NCBI RefSeq assembly: GCF_009914755.1
Contig: NC_060938.1
DNA: 64,000 nucleotides
Reading direction: 5' to 3' (one strand)
Source of the DNA: the human T2T-CHM13v2.0 reference genome, Homo sapiens
Shown piece after piece: positions 1 to 11,659 of this stretch. The notes under the pieces are model-generated. The model was not told the DNA's origin, made no database searches, and saw nothing but the letters and a program-made list of their open reading frames with translations. Within the stretch, counting starts at the first letter, position 1. The number at the start of each line of letters is the position of its first letter. Made by a program: the position numbers and the translations under genes.

Positions 1-411
1 AATAATCTTTTAAAAAGAAAATTGTATTAGTCAGGATCCAGCCAGGAAAAAAAGTTATTTTAACAAGAGAAAATTTAACATAAATAATTGTTAACTAGTT
101 ATACAATTATTAGCTAGGTAACTGAAAAGGAAAGAGAGAATAGCAAAGTGTAATATAAGTAGCAATTACAGAAGCATCTACCTTTCCCTCAGGGTGGAGG
201 AAAAGGGGAAGAGATTGAAATTCTTAAAATTTAGTAGTGTAGGTCTAAAACTCAGACTGTATGGGCATTGCTTGGCACATGTTGATGTTTTGAGGTGGGG
301 TCAGGTGCCTATAGGCCTGCCCAGCCTACTACCTGTTTTTTTGTATAACCTGGGAGTTAAGAATGGTTTTTATATTTTTAAAACATTGATTAAAAAATAA
401 AAGAATAAGGG

Positions 412-993
412 TGTTAGTTTCCTAGGCCCACCTGTAACAAAGTACCACAAATTACATGACTTAAAACAACAGAAATTTACTCTCTTACAGTTCTGGGAAC
501 TAGAAATCCAAAATAGAGTTAGCAACAAGGTGATGATTTCCTGGAGATTCTAGATAGAATCCTTCTTTGACTTTTTCTAGTTTCTGGAGGTGGCAATCAG
601 TCCTTGGCTTGTGGCTGCATTGCTCCAATCTTGGCTTCCACTCACAGAACGGACTCCTCTCTGTGTCCATGTCTTTGCATGACATTTTTCTCTCATAAGG
701 GCACCATTTGGTTGTGTATGAAGGCTCATGCCTGTAATTGCAGCACTTTAGGAGGCGGAGGAAGAAGGATCACTTGAGCCCAGGAATTCAAGACTGGCCT
801 GGGTAACATAGCAAGACCTCATTTCTAAAAAAAAAAGTAAAAAGGATACCAGTCATATTGGATTAGGGCCACCCTAATGACTTCAACTTAATTTGATTAT
901 CTGCAGAGACCTCATTTCCAAATAAGGTCACAATCACAGATATAGGAGGTTAGAAGTAAAACATATCTTTTTGAGAGCACAATTCCACTTATA
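412..993 (-). mobile_element. MLT1B/C-like MaLR solo LTR, interrupted by a FLAM
   Basis: TGTTAGTTTCCTAGG..TAACAAAGTACCACAA..AACAACAGAAATTTA and GGATTAGGGCCACCCTAATGAC..CCAAATAAGGTCACA are MLT1 reverse-complement hallmarks. Confidence 0.75.
710..841 (+). mobile_element. FLAM_C / free left Alu monomer
   Basis: GGCTCATGCCTGTAAT..GGATCACTTGAGCCCAGGAATTCAAGAC..AACATAGCAAGACC plus A tail; degenerate TSD AAGGGCACCA / AAGGATACCA. Confidence 0.85.
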
Positions 994-2694
994 ATGATAA
1001 TAATATTTTGTGACACATGAAATTCATATAAGATTAAAATTCCAGTGTCCAAAAATAAAGTTATACTTGCCATGCATATTCATTTAAATATTATCTACAC
1101 CTGTTGCTACAACAGCAGAGTTGAGTAGTTGCTATACGAATGAATGGACTGCAAAACTTGAAATATTTTCTATGTGGTCCTTTATAGCAAAAGCTTGCTG
1201 ACACCCATTCAATGTGACTGGTTTTGCAAGGATTGGAAAACATGCAAATTGGATTCAGCTGCTGCTACTGGAAGGCCTTGATACTCTCAGATGAAGAAGA
1301 CCTATTATTGTGTGATGCCCAGAGGGACATGGAACAGAGAAGTCCACAGGAAGCAAATGAGAAGGGGGAAGTTCCTTTATTCTCCTTCTGTCTTTTAGTT
1401 TCCCTATGTTGGTGGAGCTTAAGAGGGAAAGCCTAAGTTGGGAAAATAGAAGTGTGGTTTGTGAAGTCTCAGTTCCAGAAACATAAGGCAGAGAGAAGAG
1501 TAGCTTTGGAATTGGTAGATAATAATTTGTACATACACACACATGCACATCCAGCAAGGAAAAAATATGCATAGCTACTATAATCCTCATTTCCGTAACA
1601 ACTCGAGGTCATAGTTTATATTATTCTTCTAGAAGTATTTTATGTAAAATAAACATATTTATATAGGTATAAAATTAAAATTACACACACATATATATAA
1701 GTATATATATATATATATAAAACCAAACAATCATTTTGAGATGACTGTAGATTTACCCACAGTTCTAAGAAATAATATAGAGAAATCCCATATACCCTTA
1801 CTTACTTTCCTCCAATGCTAATATCTTACAGAACTTTAGTACAGTATTACAACTAAGATATTGACATTGATACAGTCAAGATGAAGAGAATTTTCATCAC
1901 AAAGATTCTTGTAGCATTCTTTTATAGTATTCTTCCTTCTTTCTCACCCATTCCCAACCTCATTCTTAGCCTCGGGAAATCACCAACCTGTTCTCCATTT
2001 CTATTATTTTGTCATTTCAAGAATGTTATATAAATGGGCTCATACAGTACCTAACCTTTTGGGATTGGCTTTTTGGGCTCACCATAATTCTCCGGACATT
2101 CATTCTAGTTGTTGTGTGTATCAATAGTTCACTCCTTTTACTTGCTGAGCAGTATTGCATGTATGGATATACCAGATTTTGTATAACTGTTCACTCATGG
2201 AAGGACATCAGGGCTGTACGCAGTTTTAGGCTATTACAAATAAAGTAGCTAAAAACATCCATGTATAGGTTTTTTTATGGATGGAAGTTTTTTACCACCC
2301 CCTTCCCGCCCCCCGCAACTAAAAGCTGGTCTATTTTGGGTTCTCCATTCTGTTCTTGGGTTGGATGACAGTTGCATATTTAGTTTTATAGGAAGCTGCC
2401 AAAATAATCTCCAGAGTGTCTGTAGCATTTTATATTCCCACCAGCAATGTATGAGTGATCCAGTTTCTACACATTTTTGTCTGTATTTGGTGTTGTCACA
2501 ATTTTTTATTTTAGCCATTCTAATAGGTGTGTAATGATATCTCATTGTAGTTTTAATTTACATTTCCCTGCCAGTTAATGATGTGAAATGTCTTATAATG
2601 TACTTATTTGCCACCTGTATATCCTCTTCACTAGTATGTCTGTTTATGTCTTTTGCTCATTTTCTAATTGGGTTTTTCCTTGTTAAGTTTTTAG

Positions 2695-3049
<355 letters not shown>

Positions 3050-3160
3050 TGATTTTGGTGTCAAATCTAAAAATTCTTTAGTCTTAGATTCTGAAGAGTT
3101 TCTCTTATTACTTTTTTCTAAAAGTTTTATAGTTTTAAAATTTCACTTAAATCTTTAATC

Positions 3161-3353
3161 CTTTTTTTTTGGGGGGGGGGGGACAGGGCCTTGCCCTGTC
3201 ATCCAGGCTGGGGTGCAGCCTTGACTTCCTACACTCAAGCCATCCTCCCACCTCAGCCTCCTGAGTAGCTGGTACCACAGGCACATGCCATAATGCCTGG
3301 CTAATCTTTTGTACTTTTCTTTAGAGATGAGGTTTCACCATGTTGCTCAGGCT
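3161..3353 (-). mobile_element. AluJ fragment with internal deletion and a G12 run at the tail junction
   Basis: ACAGGGCCTTGCCCTGTCATCCAGGCTGG..TCAAGCCATCCTCCCACCTCAGCCTCC; flanks TAATCCTTTT / TAATACTTTT. Confidence 0.8.
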
Positions 3354-6183
3354 AATACTTTTTGAGTTAATTTTAATTTGATGTTGAAGCTTAGGGCCAC
3401 GTTCATCTTTTTGGCTTACGGATGTCCAATTGTTTCAGCACCATTGTTGAAAAGTTATCGTTCCTCCATTGAATTGTTTTTGCACCTTTGTGAAAAAGTA
3501 ACTGCACATATTTGTATGGGTCTATTTTGGGTTCTCCATTCTGCTCCATCAATGTATGTGTCTATTTTATCACCATGTAGCCTTGATTACTGTAGCTATA
3601 TAATTTGAAATCAAGTAGAGTAATTCTTCTTGCTTTATTCTTTATCAAAATGGTTGTAGCTATTCTAGTTCCTTTGCCTTTCCATATACATTTTACCATA
3701 ATCTTGTCTACATCTACAAATTCTCTTGCTGGAATTTTGATAGAAATTACATTTGACCTGTATATTGAGAAGGCTGTGAGTTAGGTTAGCAATTTGCAGA
3801 ATCAATTTCCCTGTAACCATCTCCATTGTTTATTTGCATATATTAATATTCATTGACACACAAGCCAGTGTGTGCCTGTGTGTGCATGCATGTGTGTATG
3901 TAAAGAAAAAAGGGGGAGGGAGGAACTTCTTCCTTCTCCTGATTTGGTGTCATATGAGGTATAAGCAGCTCAGTGAGGGTTTGGGGCACAGGTGAAAAAT
4001 CTACCAAATAAAATCTTTAGATACAACCATTAAGATGTGACCAATTTGGTTGAGGTATTTTGATGCAGGCCATTTAAAACACAGTATCACTGTTGTATTG
4101 CCAACTTATATTAGTAACGAATATCCCTGTGTCATTTCTAACCCCCATTCAAATCATGGAGGATTTTCATATTCAGTTGTGTTTATTTTTGTATTGGCCC
4201 ACATTTTTGTCCTATGTATAAAGTTTAAAATTAATTTTTAAAAAATTTGAATAGGCAATGGATATATTCAAAATTTAAAAAATGTAATACATCATATAAT
4301 ACAATCACAAAAACATCAAAACAATATATGAAGAAGCAAACCTTATATTCTTATAGCCACACTATCCATATCCATTTAATTCTACCCCGCCCCCAACAGG
4401 TAACCACTTTTTAATTTGTTTATCATTCCAGGGAATAACCCGCATATATGTTTACATATACACTTAGAGTATTTACTTCAAAACACTATCATTAAAAATG
4501 TAAATAAATTTTGACTTTTTATTACTTTGTCTGACAGTAAATATGGTCTATGATCTCAGTTTGTTCCATTTTTAAAAAACACAATTTGTAATAATGTATC
4601 TTGAGAGTGAATACCCTCATTTGTAAAATTTTTGTTAAAACTTAAATCTTGGCAAGTTTTCCCCTCACTTTCTTACCTTTTATGTAACAATATTGTTAGA
4701 TAAATCTGTTTAATTTTAAGGCCTGAAGATTCTTTATAAATCATGTAATCTTACTCAAGACATTTTGAGATCAGGAGAAGAGAAGGAGTGTGTTCAGGAC
4801 CACAGGGTCAATTTGTGGCAGAGCTGGGAGTGGAACAGAGGCCCAGTCCAGAGCTGCCCTCTGCCCACACTCCTGAATACACCCATTGCTGTGAGATGAC
4901 TCAGATTTATTGTTACCATGGCTGAAATCCATTGGAAAAATGTTTCTGCCATTCATCTCAATCCTCTGCTAGTCATGTGGTTTATCCTTTATAAATGAGG
5001 ATTTCTTCTTTTTTGTTGACAGTTTCATGATTTTAGTTGTTTCTGCTCTCTTAACATTTGCCCAGTTCAATGATTAATCCTCTGATCTGAGCCCACTTAG
5101 ACTGGAGTAATATCTTGCCAATGAGAATGAGCAAGTGAATAATTGAAATTTTTATTAAGGATGAAATTTCTTTACTATGTTATATTTATTATATATGATA
5201 GTTTCAACTTTCTGAGTCTCTCTTGTCAAATGCATTCTTTCTCATTATCTCCTTTATAAAATGTTTAATTTAAATGGTCAGTCTTCTGTTCTTATGCAGG
5301 AGAATGTCAGCCTGATCCTCAACCAATTAATACCACGTTTCAAGTTGGGTTTGACTTCTACTAACGTAGTAGTCTGACCCCTAGTGGTTATAAGAAACAT
5401 CTGCACGGCTTGTAAGCAAATTTTGACTGAATTTTCTGAAAAGTGAATATCGGACAATGAATTTCTCCTTGAAAATAAATAAAATAAAAATGAGAGAAGA
5501 ATTTTGAGTCCATAGAAAAAATAATAGGGAAGTTCAGGTAAAATCATGTTTCTATAAAAATAATTTCAAATCGGTATTTTTACTGATTTTTTAGTATTAT
5601 GTGATCAGGCTGCACTTATGTAACACATTTATGGTGAACATAACACACTTATGTTCCAGGAATTCATTCTATGTTATTTATTGGAAACAAAGCTTGTTTG
5701 CCCCCAAAATTAATGTTTTGTCATTGTCCCAGCATGCCCTTTCTAGTCTGCGTAGAATTGGGATCAAACTTAGAGCTGGATGACATTTTTGTGGTCTGAA
5801 GATCAGAGAGCCAGAAAGGACTGGCCACAAAGTGAAGTCACAAAGTGAAATTATCAGTAAATCTAAGCAAACTCTGTCTTTCATGAGGCCCTGAGGTCTA
5901 GGAGGGCCTGAGTCACATCAGGAGAGTACAGCCTGCCCTTGATTCTTGGGAGCTGGGAGGCAAAGTCGTGCTGCAGGGGAGAAGGAGGAGGGTCTCAAGA
6001 GTGCAGATCCAGAAAGGAACAAACTGTAACAACTATAAATGCAGTATGTGCTTACTGTAAAAATGTCCAAACAGAAGGATATGAAGTAAAAGGTAAAAAT
6101 TCCTCCTTTTTTTCCAGCCTGAGTTCCGCCAAAACCATAGCCTAGAACTATGTACTTAGACATGCAACCACCAGACATTTTTT

Positions 6184-6236
6184 TGTGTGCATGCATGTGC
6201 GCACGCGCACACACACACACACACACACACACGCAC
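6184..6236. repeat. Alternating purine-pyrimidine / (CA)n microsatellite
   Basis: TGTGTGCATGCATGTGCGCACGCGCACACA...CACGCAC read directly. Confidence 0.9.
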
Positions 6237-6495
6237 TGTCTTATTTCACATGGGTTCATGTTATACATATTGTTCTATAAATTGATTTCTTCACTTAATA
6301 AAATATCTTGGACATCTTTTCAAGTCAGTATATTCTTATTGTCTGCCTATCTACTGTTCTGATACAAGAATGTGGGCTAATTTATTAACTATCCTTAAGT
6401 AATTTACATGTAGATGTTTTTAAAAATTTTCTGCTATATAACCAGTGTTTTAATAAACATCCTAGGGCTTGTAACTACAGACTTATACAAGTATA

Positions 6496-6526
<31 letters not shown>

Positions 6527-7390
6527 GGAGTAAATGCCATTAAAATAAAATTTTAGGTCAAAGCTTATGCATAATTACAATCTTGACAGTTAATAAAAGC
6601 ATATTTTTGAAATTGATATTGTCCCATCTCCCTTTCTTCACTTATTCCTTGTTCCTGGTGCCCCTTCCCAGGCCCTGATGGCTTTATATTTCTCTTTCCC
6701 TTAGTCAACCCTGCCCTTTGTCCTTTATGCACATCTAACCTTTTCTTTTGTGAAAAGAATGAAGTCTTCCCCTGTGAATTTCCTCCACTCCCTTTGCTCT
6801 GTGTAGATGTGCTGACACTTTTTTCTCTCCCTCTCTCTTTATGCCTCTCAGACAGCTGAGGAAGAAGCACCCTTCTAGCCTCCACCTGTTCACTTTTGCC
6901 ACATCCCTTCTTATACTTTCTGAGCCCTTCTCCCATCAGGTATCCCTTAATGCTTCTTTAATCTCTCCTTTTTTACTTCTTGTTTCTACCTGGTTATAAA
7001 ATGGTATCCTCTATCCTTTAAGCCATGTTTTCCATAGGCTGTCTTCTAAACACTATTTTAGGAGGTACTCAGTGGAAAAAATAATCATTTCGTCAAATAA
7101 ATTTGAGTCATTCATATACTATTAACTTCCTTTTGAATATTTAGAACTCACAGTAGCTTGTTAAAGGTGCTGAGAAGTTCTGCAGTAATGAAAAGACATC
7201 TGCTTACCTTTGCTTACTCTGTATATCCCTAAATTATTTTACCATAAAACCTACCCTTTCCCTTTTTAATCTTCTGTAATGTTTTTTAATATCTATAGAT
7301 ACCTTTTGGGAAATTTTTCTTGTCTCTGCAACTCTAAATTCTAAAGCTAAGGTTTTTTAACTCTGCCAAATTCTAAAGCTAAGGTTTTTT

Positions 7391-8625
7391 CTTCTATTTT
7401 TTAAATTAAAAAAATTTTTAAATGGGTAGATAATCATACATATTTATGGGGTACGTAGTAATATGACAATACAAACAATGTGTAATGATAAGATTGGAGT
7501 AATTAGCATATCCATCATTTCAAATATTTATCATTTCTTTGTGTTAGGAGCATTCAATATCCTCCTTGTAGCTATTTGAACCTTTATATTGTTATTAACT
7601 ATAGTTACCTACAGTGCTATAGAATTTTAGAACTTAGTCCTCCTATCTAGGTATAATTTCGTATCCTTTAACAAATCTCTCCCTACCTCCCATCCCTTTT
7701 CCCCTACACTTCTTAGCCTCTAGTATCCTCTGTTCTACTTTTTACCTCTATGATGTTAACTTTTTTTAGCTTCCACATATGAATGAGAACATGTGGTGTT
7801 TAACTTTTTGTTCCTGGCTTATTTCACTTAACATAATGTCCTCCAGTTCCATCCATCAAATGTCATATATATACATGATATGGTTTGGCCATGTTCCCAT
7901 TCAAATCTCAATTTTAATTGTATCACCCGGAATTCTCACGTGTTTTGGGAGGGACCCAGGGTGAGGTACTGAATCATGGGGGCTGGTCTTTCCTGTGCTG
8001 TTCTTGTGATGGTGAATAAGTCTCATGAAATCTGATAGGTTTATCAGGGGTTTCCACTTTTGCTTCCTCCTTATTCTCTCTTGCCGCGCCGCCATGTAAG
8101 AAGTGCCTTTTGCCTCCTGCGGTGATTCTGAGGCCTCCCCAGCCATGTGGAACTGTAAGTCCAATTCAACCTCTTTTTCTAATGGCTGATAGTATTCCAT
8201 TGTGTGTATATACCACATCTTCTTTATCCAGCCATCTGTTGTTAGATCCTAGGTTGATTCCCTATCTTGTCTATTGTGAGTAGTTCTGTAATAAAAATGA
8301 GAGTGAAGAGGTCTCTTTGTTACACTGATATTCTTTCCTTTGGATAAATGCCCCAGTAGTGGGATTGCTGGATTATGTGGTAGCCCTATTTGTAGTTTTC
8401 TGAGGAACCACGTACTGTCTTTTGTAGTAGCTTTGCTAGTATAAGTCCTACTAAACACATGTAAGTTTTCCGTTTCTCTGCATCCTTGCCAGCATTCATT
8501 AGTTTTTATTTTTTGATAATAGGGGCTGAGATCATACCTCGTTGTGGTTTTGATTTGCATTTCTCTGTTGATTAGTGATGTTGAACATTTTTTTCATATA
8601 CTTGTTGGCCATTTGTGTGTCTTTT
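7391..8625 (-). mobile_element. L1MA-type LINE-1 3' fragment interrupted by THE1A
   Basis: CATATTTATGGGGTAC..TAATTAGCATATCCATC..TTCCACATATGAATGAGAACATG; ORF 8249..8560(-) MQIKTTTRY is an ORF2 C-terminus. Confidence 0.8.
7876..8180 (+). mobile_element. THE1A-like MaLR LTR, 3'-truncated
   Basis: TGATATGGTTTGG..GGGAGGGACCCAGGG..TTTATCAGGGGTTTCC..GAGGCCTCCCCAGCCATGTGGAACTGTAAGTCCAATT; the terminal ~50 bp ending TAATACA is absent. Confidence 0.85.
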
Positions 8626-9003
8626 AAGTTTTTTAAGGTCTAGAGTATAAAATTTATCTCTGCACTTTAAAAAAATACTGCTTATTCTTAGACAACCCAT
8701 TGCAACATGGTCTCTACCCTGACCATTCTACTGTAGTCCGCTGAACCTATTTGATTCTGGGTTCCCGGTTGCTAAATTGGGGCCTTTCTCTCAGTCCTCC
8801 TGTTGAATTTCTTGCTAAGGAAACAAATGTTTTTTGTTACCAGAGTTTTTGATTTAATTGCAAAAAAAATTAGTAATTGATACACATAGGTCTTGAAACT
8901 TCTTCCCTTTCCTCGCTTCTGAACCCAGGAACTCTCCAAGAGCACCAGTTCATTTTGAAATTCTCTTCTTACGGCAGACAGGGATTCAGGCAGTCCAGGA
9001 AAG

Positions 9004-9048
9004 TCTGCTAGTTGAGAGAAACTTGAGCAGTTCCTCTCAACTAGCAGA
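9004..9048. repeat. Perfect 15-bp inverted repeat with 15-nt spacer
   Basis: TCTGCTAGTTGAGAG (9004-9018) / CTCTCAACTAGCAGA (9034-9048). Confidence 0.95.
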
Positions 9049-9057
9049 GTTCCTCTA

Positions 9058-9135
9058 AACTTATAAAGAAATTGCCACTACTTCTCCTGTGTGCCCTTTT
9101 TTCACACAGGAGTAGTGGCAATTTCTTTGTAAGTT
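9058..9135. repeat. 33-bp near-perfect inverted repeat (78-nt hairpin)
   Basis: AACTTATAAAGAAATTGCCACTACT[TCT]CCTGTGTG - CCCTTTTTT loop - CACACAGGAGTAGTGGCAATTTCTTTGTAAGTT; one T-G pair and one 3-nt bulge. Confidence 0.95.
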
Positions 9136-11659
9136 GAGCATTGTCTAAATAGTTCTAAAAAGAAGATGCGGAACTCACATACCAGTTCAAGAATCTTTCA
9201 TCTGACGAGAAGGTAAAGCTGAAAATCCAGACACTGTGTGGAGTAATGGCAGTGGGTAATTACCCAAATATTTATATTTTCAACATTTAAAAATTTTTTT
9301 CTACAGCTATTGTTGGGAGAAACAGCTGAGTCATTTGTTCATGTTGACTAGGTTTTATTTGTAGAATAACTTACATTATTTTCGAGTTGGCATGTTGTCA
9401 TCATTTCCTATTCTGTTTCCAGGGTCAGTTCTGCCTTCCTAAAAATGTTTCTGACACTTCTATGTTTGTTTAAATGAATTTTTTCATCACAACAATTGAT
9501 TACAGAAGTCAGGATATGCCAGACCTTGACTGCCTATTCATGAGAGAGAGAAGTTATAGGGCCAGATGATGTCAGTTATCAGATGTTAGAGCCAGCCTGG
9601 TAAGACATGAGTTGGGAGAGAATTGAAGATCAGAGGAGTCCCATATGAAAGGTGAAACCAGAGTAAATGCAGAAAAGAAAACTGTAAACATTGATGGTCA
9701 TGTATGGAGGTGCAATGCCTAGATTCACATTCGATAAAACTGTCCCTGGCCCAGTCCCTCAGATGGAAGATGAGCAGCTCCTGACCCCTGGATAGGATTA
9801 AAATTGTTTTGCAAATTTTAATAATTTCATAAACTTCTCTGAGATGACAATCCTCATTTTTGAATCTTCTCTGTTTTTTTGAAGCCCTATGCCTGGAGCA
9901 TGGTGCTGGCTTCTGATGGGCAGGCATCTTTCTCTTCATTTTACATCCACAAATAAGTTAAGTGCCCTTTGGTGCAAAATCATGACAGAGTTGGGAATCT
10001 AGTAGGTTCCTGAGACCTCTGGGTTGGGTACTCACCATTCAAATGTAGTGGTTGGGAAACACTGCTTCCTAATGCTGCATGTGCAGAAGTTATTTTCTGA
10101 AAAAGAAATTTGAGGCTGTGCTAAGAAGGAGACACATAAATTCAATTTCTCTTTTCTCCTCAGTCCCTCCACCTTCCCTATACCAGTTGCAATCCTATTA
10201 CCAATTGTCTGGTGGTAGGGGGCATCCAACACTAAGAAAAAATGTCATTAAAGAAAATAGTAGCCTTTAAAGGGCTTTTTAGTGATTTTCAATGAGTTTA
10301 ACTGTTATCCTCAGGCTTTTGGACAACATTATCTATTCCTATTGAAAATAGATTGCACTTTTTGTTTTTAAGCTGAACGTGCCTAGTGCAAGGAAACTAC
10401 TAAGATCAGTCTTGATATACCAAATTGAGGACATTATTGTAAAATTCATACTTACAGGGCAATTTGGATACTTATAAGGACCAAAGGAAGGTATAGGAAA
10501 AGGAAAAGGAAAAAAAAAAGAGGAAGTAAATGAGACCTGAGAAAAAGAAAAGGCTCTATGAGGTCATGATGAATAGAACAATGGCTCATTATTACATATG
10601 GAAAAGAGTGACCTTGCTGAGACTCTGAGAGGCCACCTATGCCGTAAGACACCCTCCACCACCAATGAGCTCTAGGTGCTCAAGGAAGATAAACATAACT
10701 GCATAAGTCTCATGAGGGGTGGGAAAAAACAAACAGAAAAACCCCACTGTTGTCTGGGTTCAAAACAGCTTTACTCTGAGATAATCTTATAAAATTGTAC
10801 AGGAAAAGGGAAAGCAGTTCTCTATTAACTGGAGAGAATGATAAGCCACACACATCCCAGGGCTAACAGTCAATGATCCCAAATGAGCACCTGTAGGGGG
10901 ACAGAGGCCCGAGACCAGCATCACTGGAAGATCCCAGACCTGAGCTGTAAGGAGTTGCTTTCGTGGTGTTTGGTGAACTCTTCCCTTACTAATCCCTCCC
11001 TTGGAGACTGAAAAAGTGATTTTTATAAGAGGTCCAATCCTGATGAGGGTTAGGGGCCATTTAAATGGTACATGTGGGTACTTCTGGAACTTTTTCAACT
11101 ATTTGGAGAGAGAAGGCCCTATATAAAAAGGCTGAGACCTTTTGCTCCTCAGTTGAGAACTTAAAACACTGAGATTGAAGTAATTATATACATAACTCTG
11201 CTATATTCCCCACATACGCAGCCTGAATCCTAAGCATACTACAGATGATTTTGCTGCACACTAAAGTGTGGTAATCATTAGCTAGGGTTGATCAAGCCCA
11301 ACTTGATGATCTCTGAGCATTGCTTTCTCACTTGTTACTTTTCAAGAATTGTTAAAAGAACCTGCTCACCTCTTATTTATAGAAGCAGGGGCCATTAGAA
11401 TAGGGAGCTTAGAGATCATCTAGTCCAATAACGTTAGTTTACAGGCGATACTACCAAGGTTCATAGAACTCAATGACCTACTCCAAGTTTGCATGTTAGA
11501 GTGGAAGACAGAAAAGAATAGGTTCAAGTGGAAGTAATGGTGCATTCCCAGCATGTGATAAGAATATAATTAGTCTTGGCTCTACCTACTAGGTGGATCT
11601 TGAGCCACTGATTTTTCTATTATTTTGTCCTACCACTGAACCTCAATCTCTCTTTAAAA

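Larger units (their letters stand above)
296..1208. mobile_element. MER58B-like hAT-Charlie DNA transposon, split by an MLT1 LTR insertion (pieces ~296-408 and ~995-1208)
   Basis: AAGAATGGTTTTTATATTTTTAAA...TAATATTTTGTGACACATGAAA...CTACAACAGCAGAGTTGAGTAGTTGC...AAAAGCTTGCTGACACCC matches my recall of the MER58B consensus. Confidence 0.75.

Noticed and set aside
5636-5656. 8-bp inverted repeat GAACATAA/TTATGTTC
   Set aside because: Isolated and short enough to be expected by chance in 64 kb
11118-11132. TATA-like CTATATAAAAAGG
   Set aside because: No CpG island or other promoter support; common in AT-rich DNA
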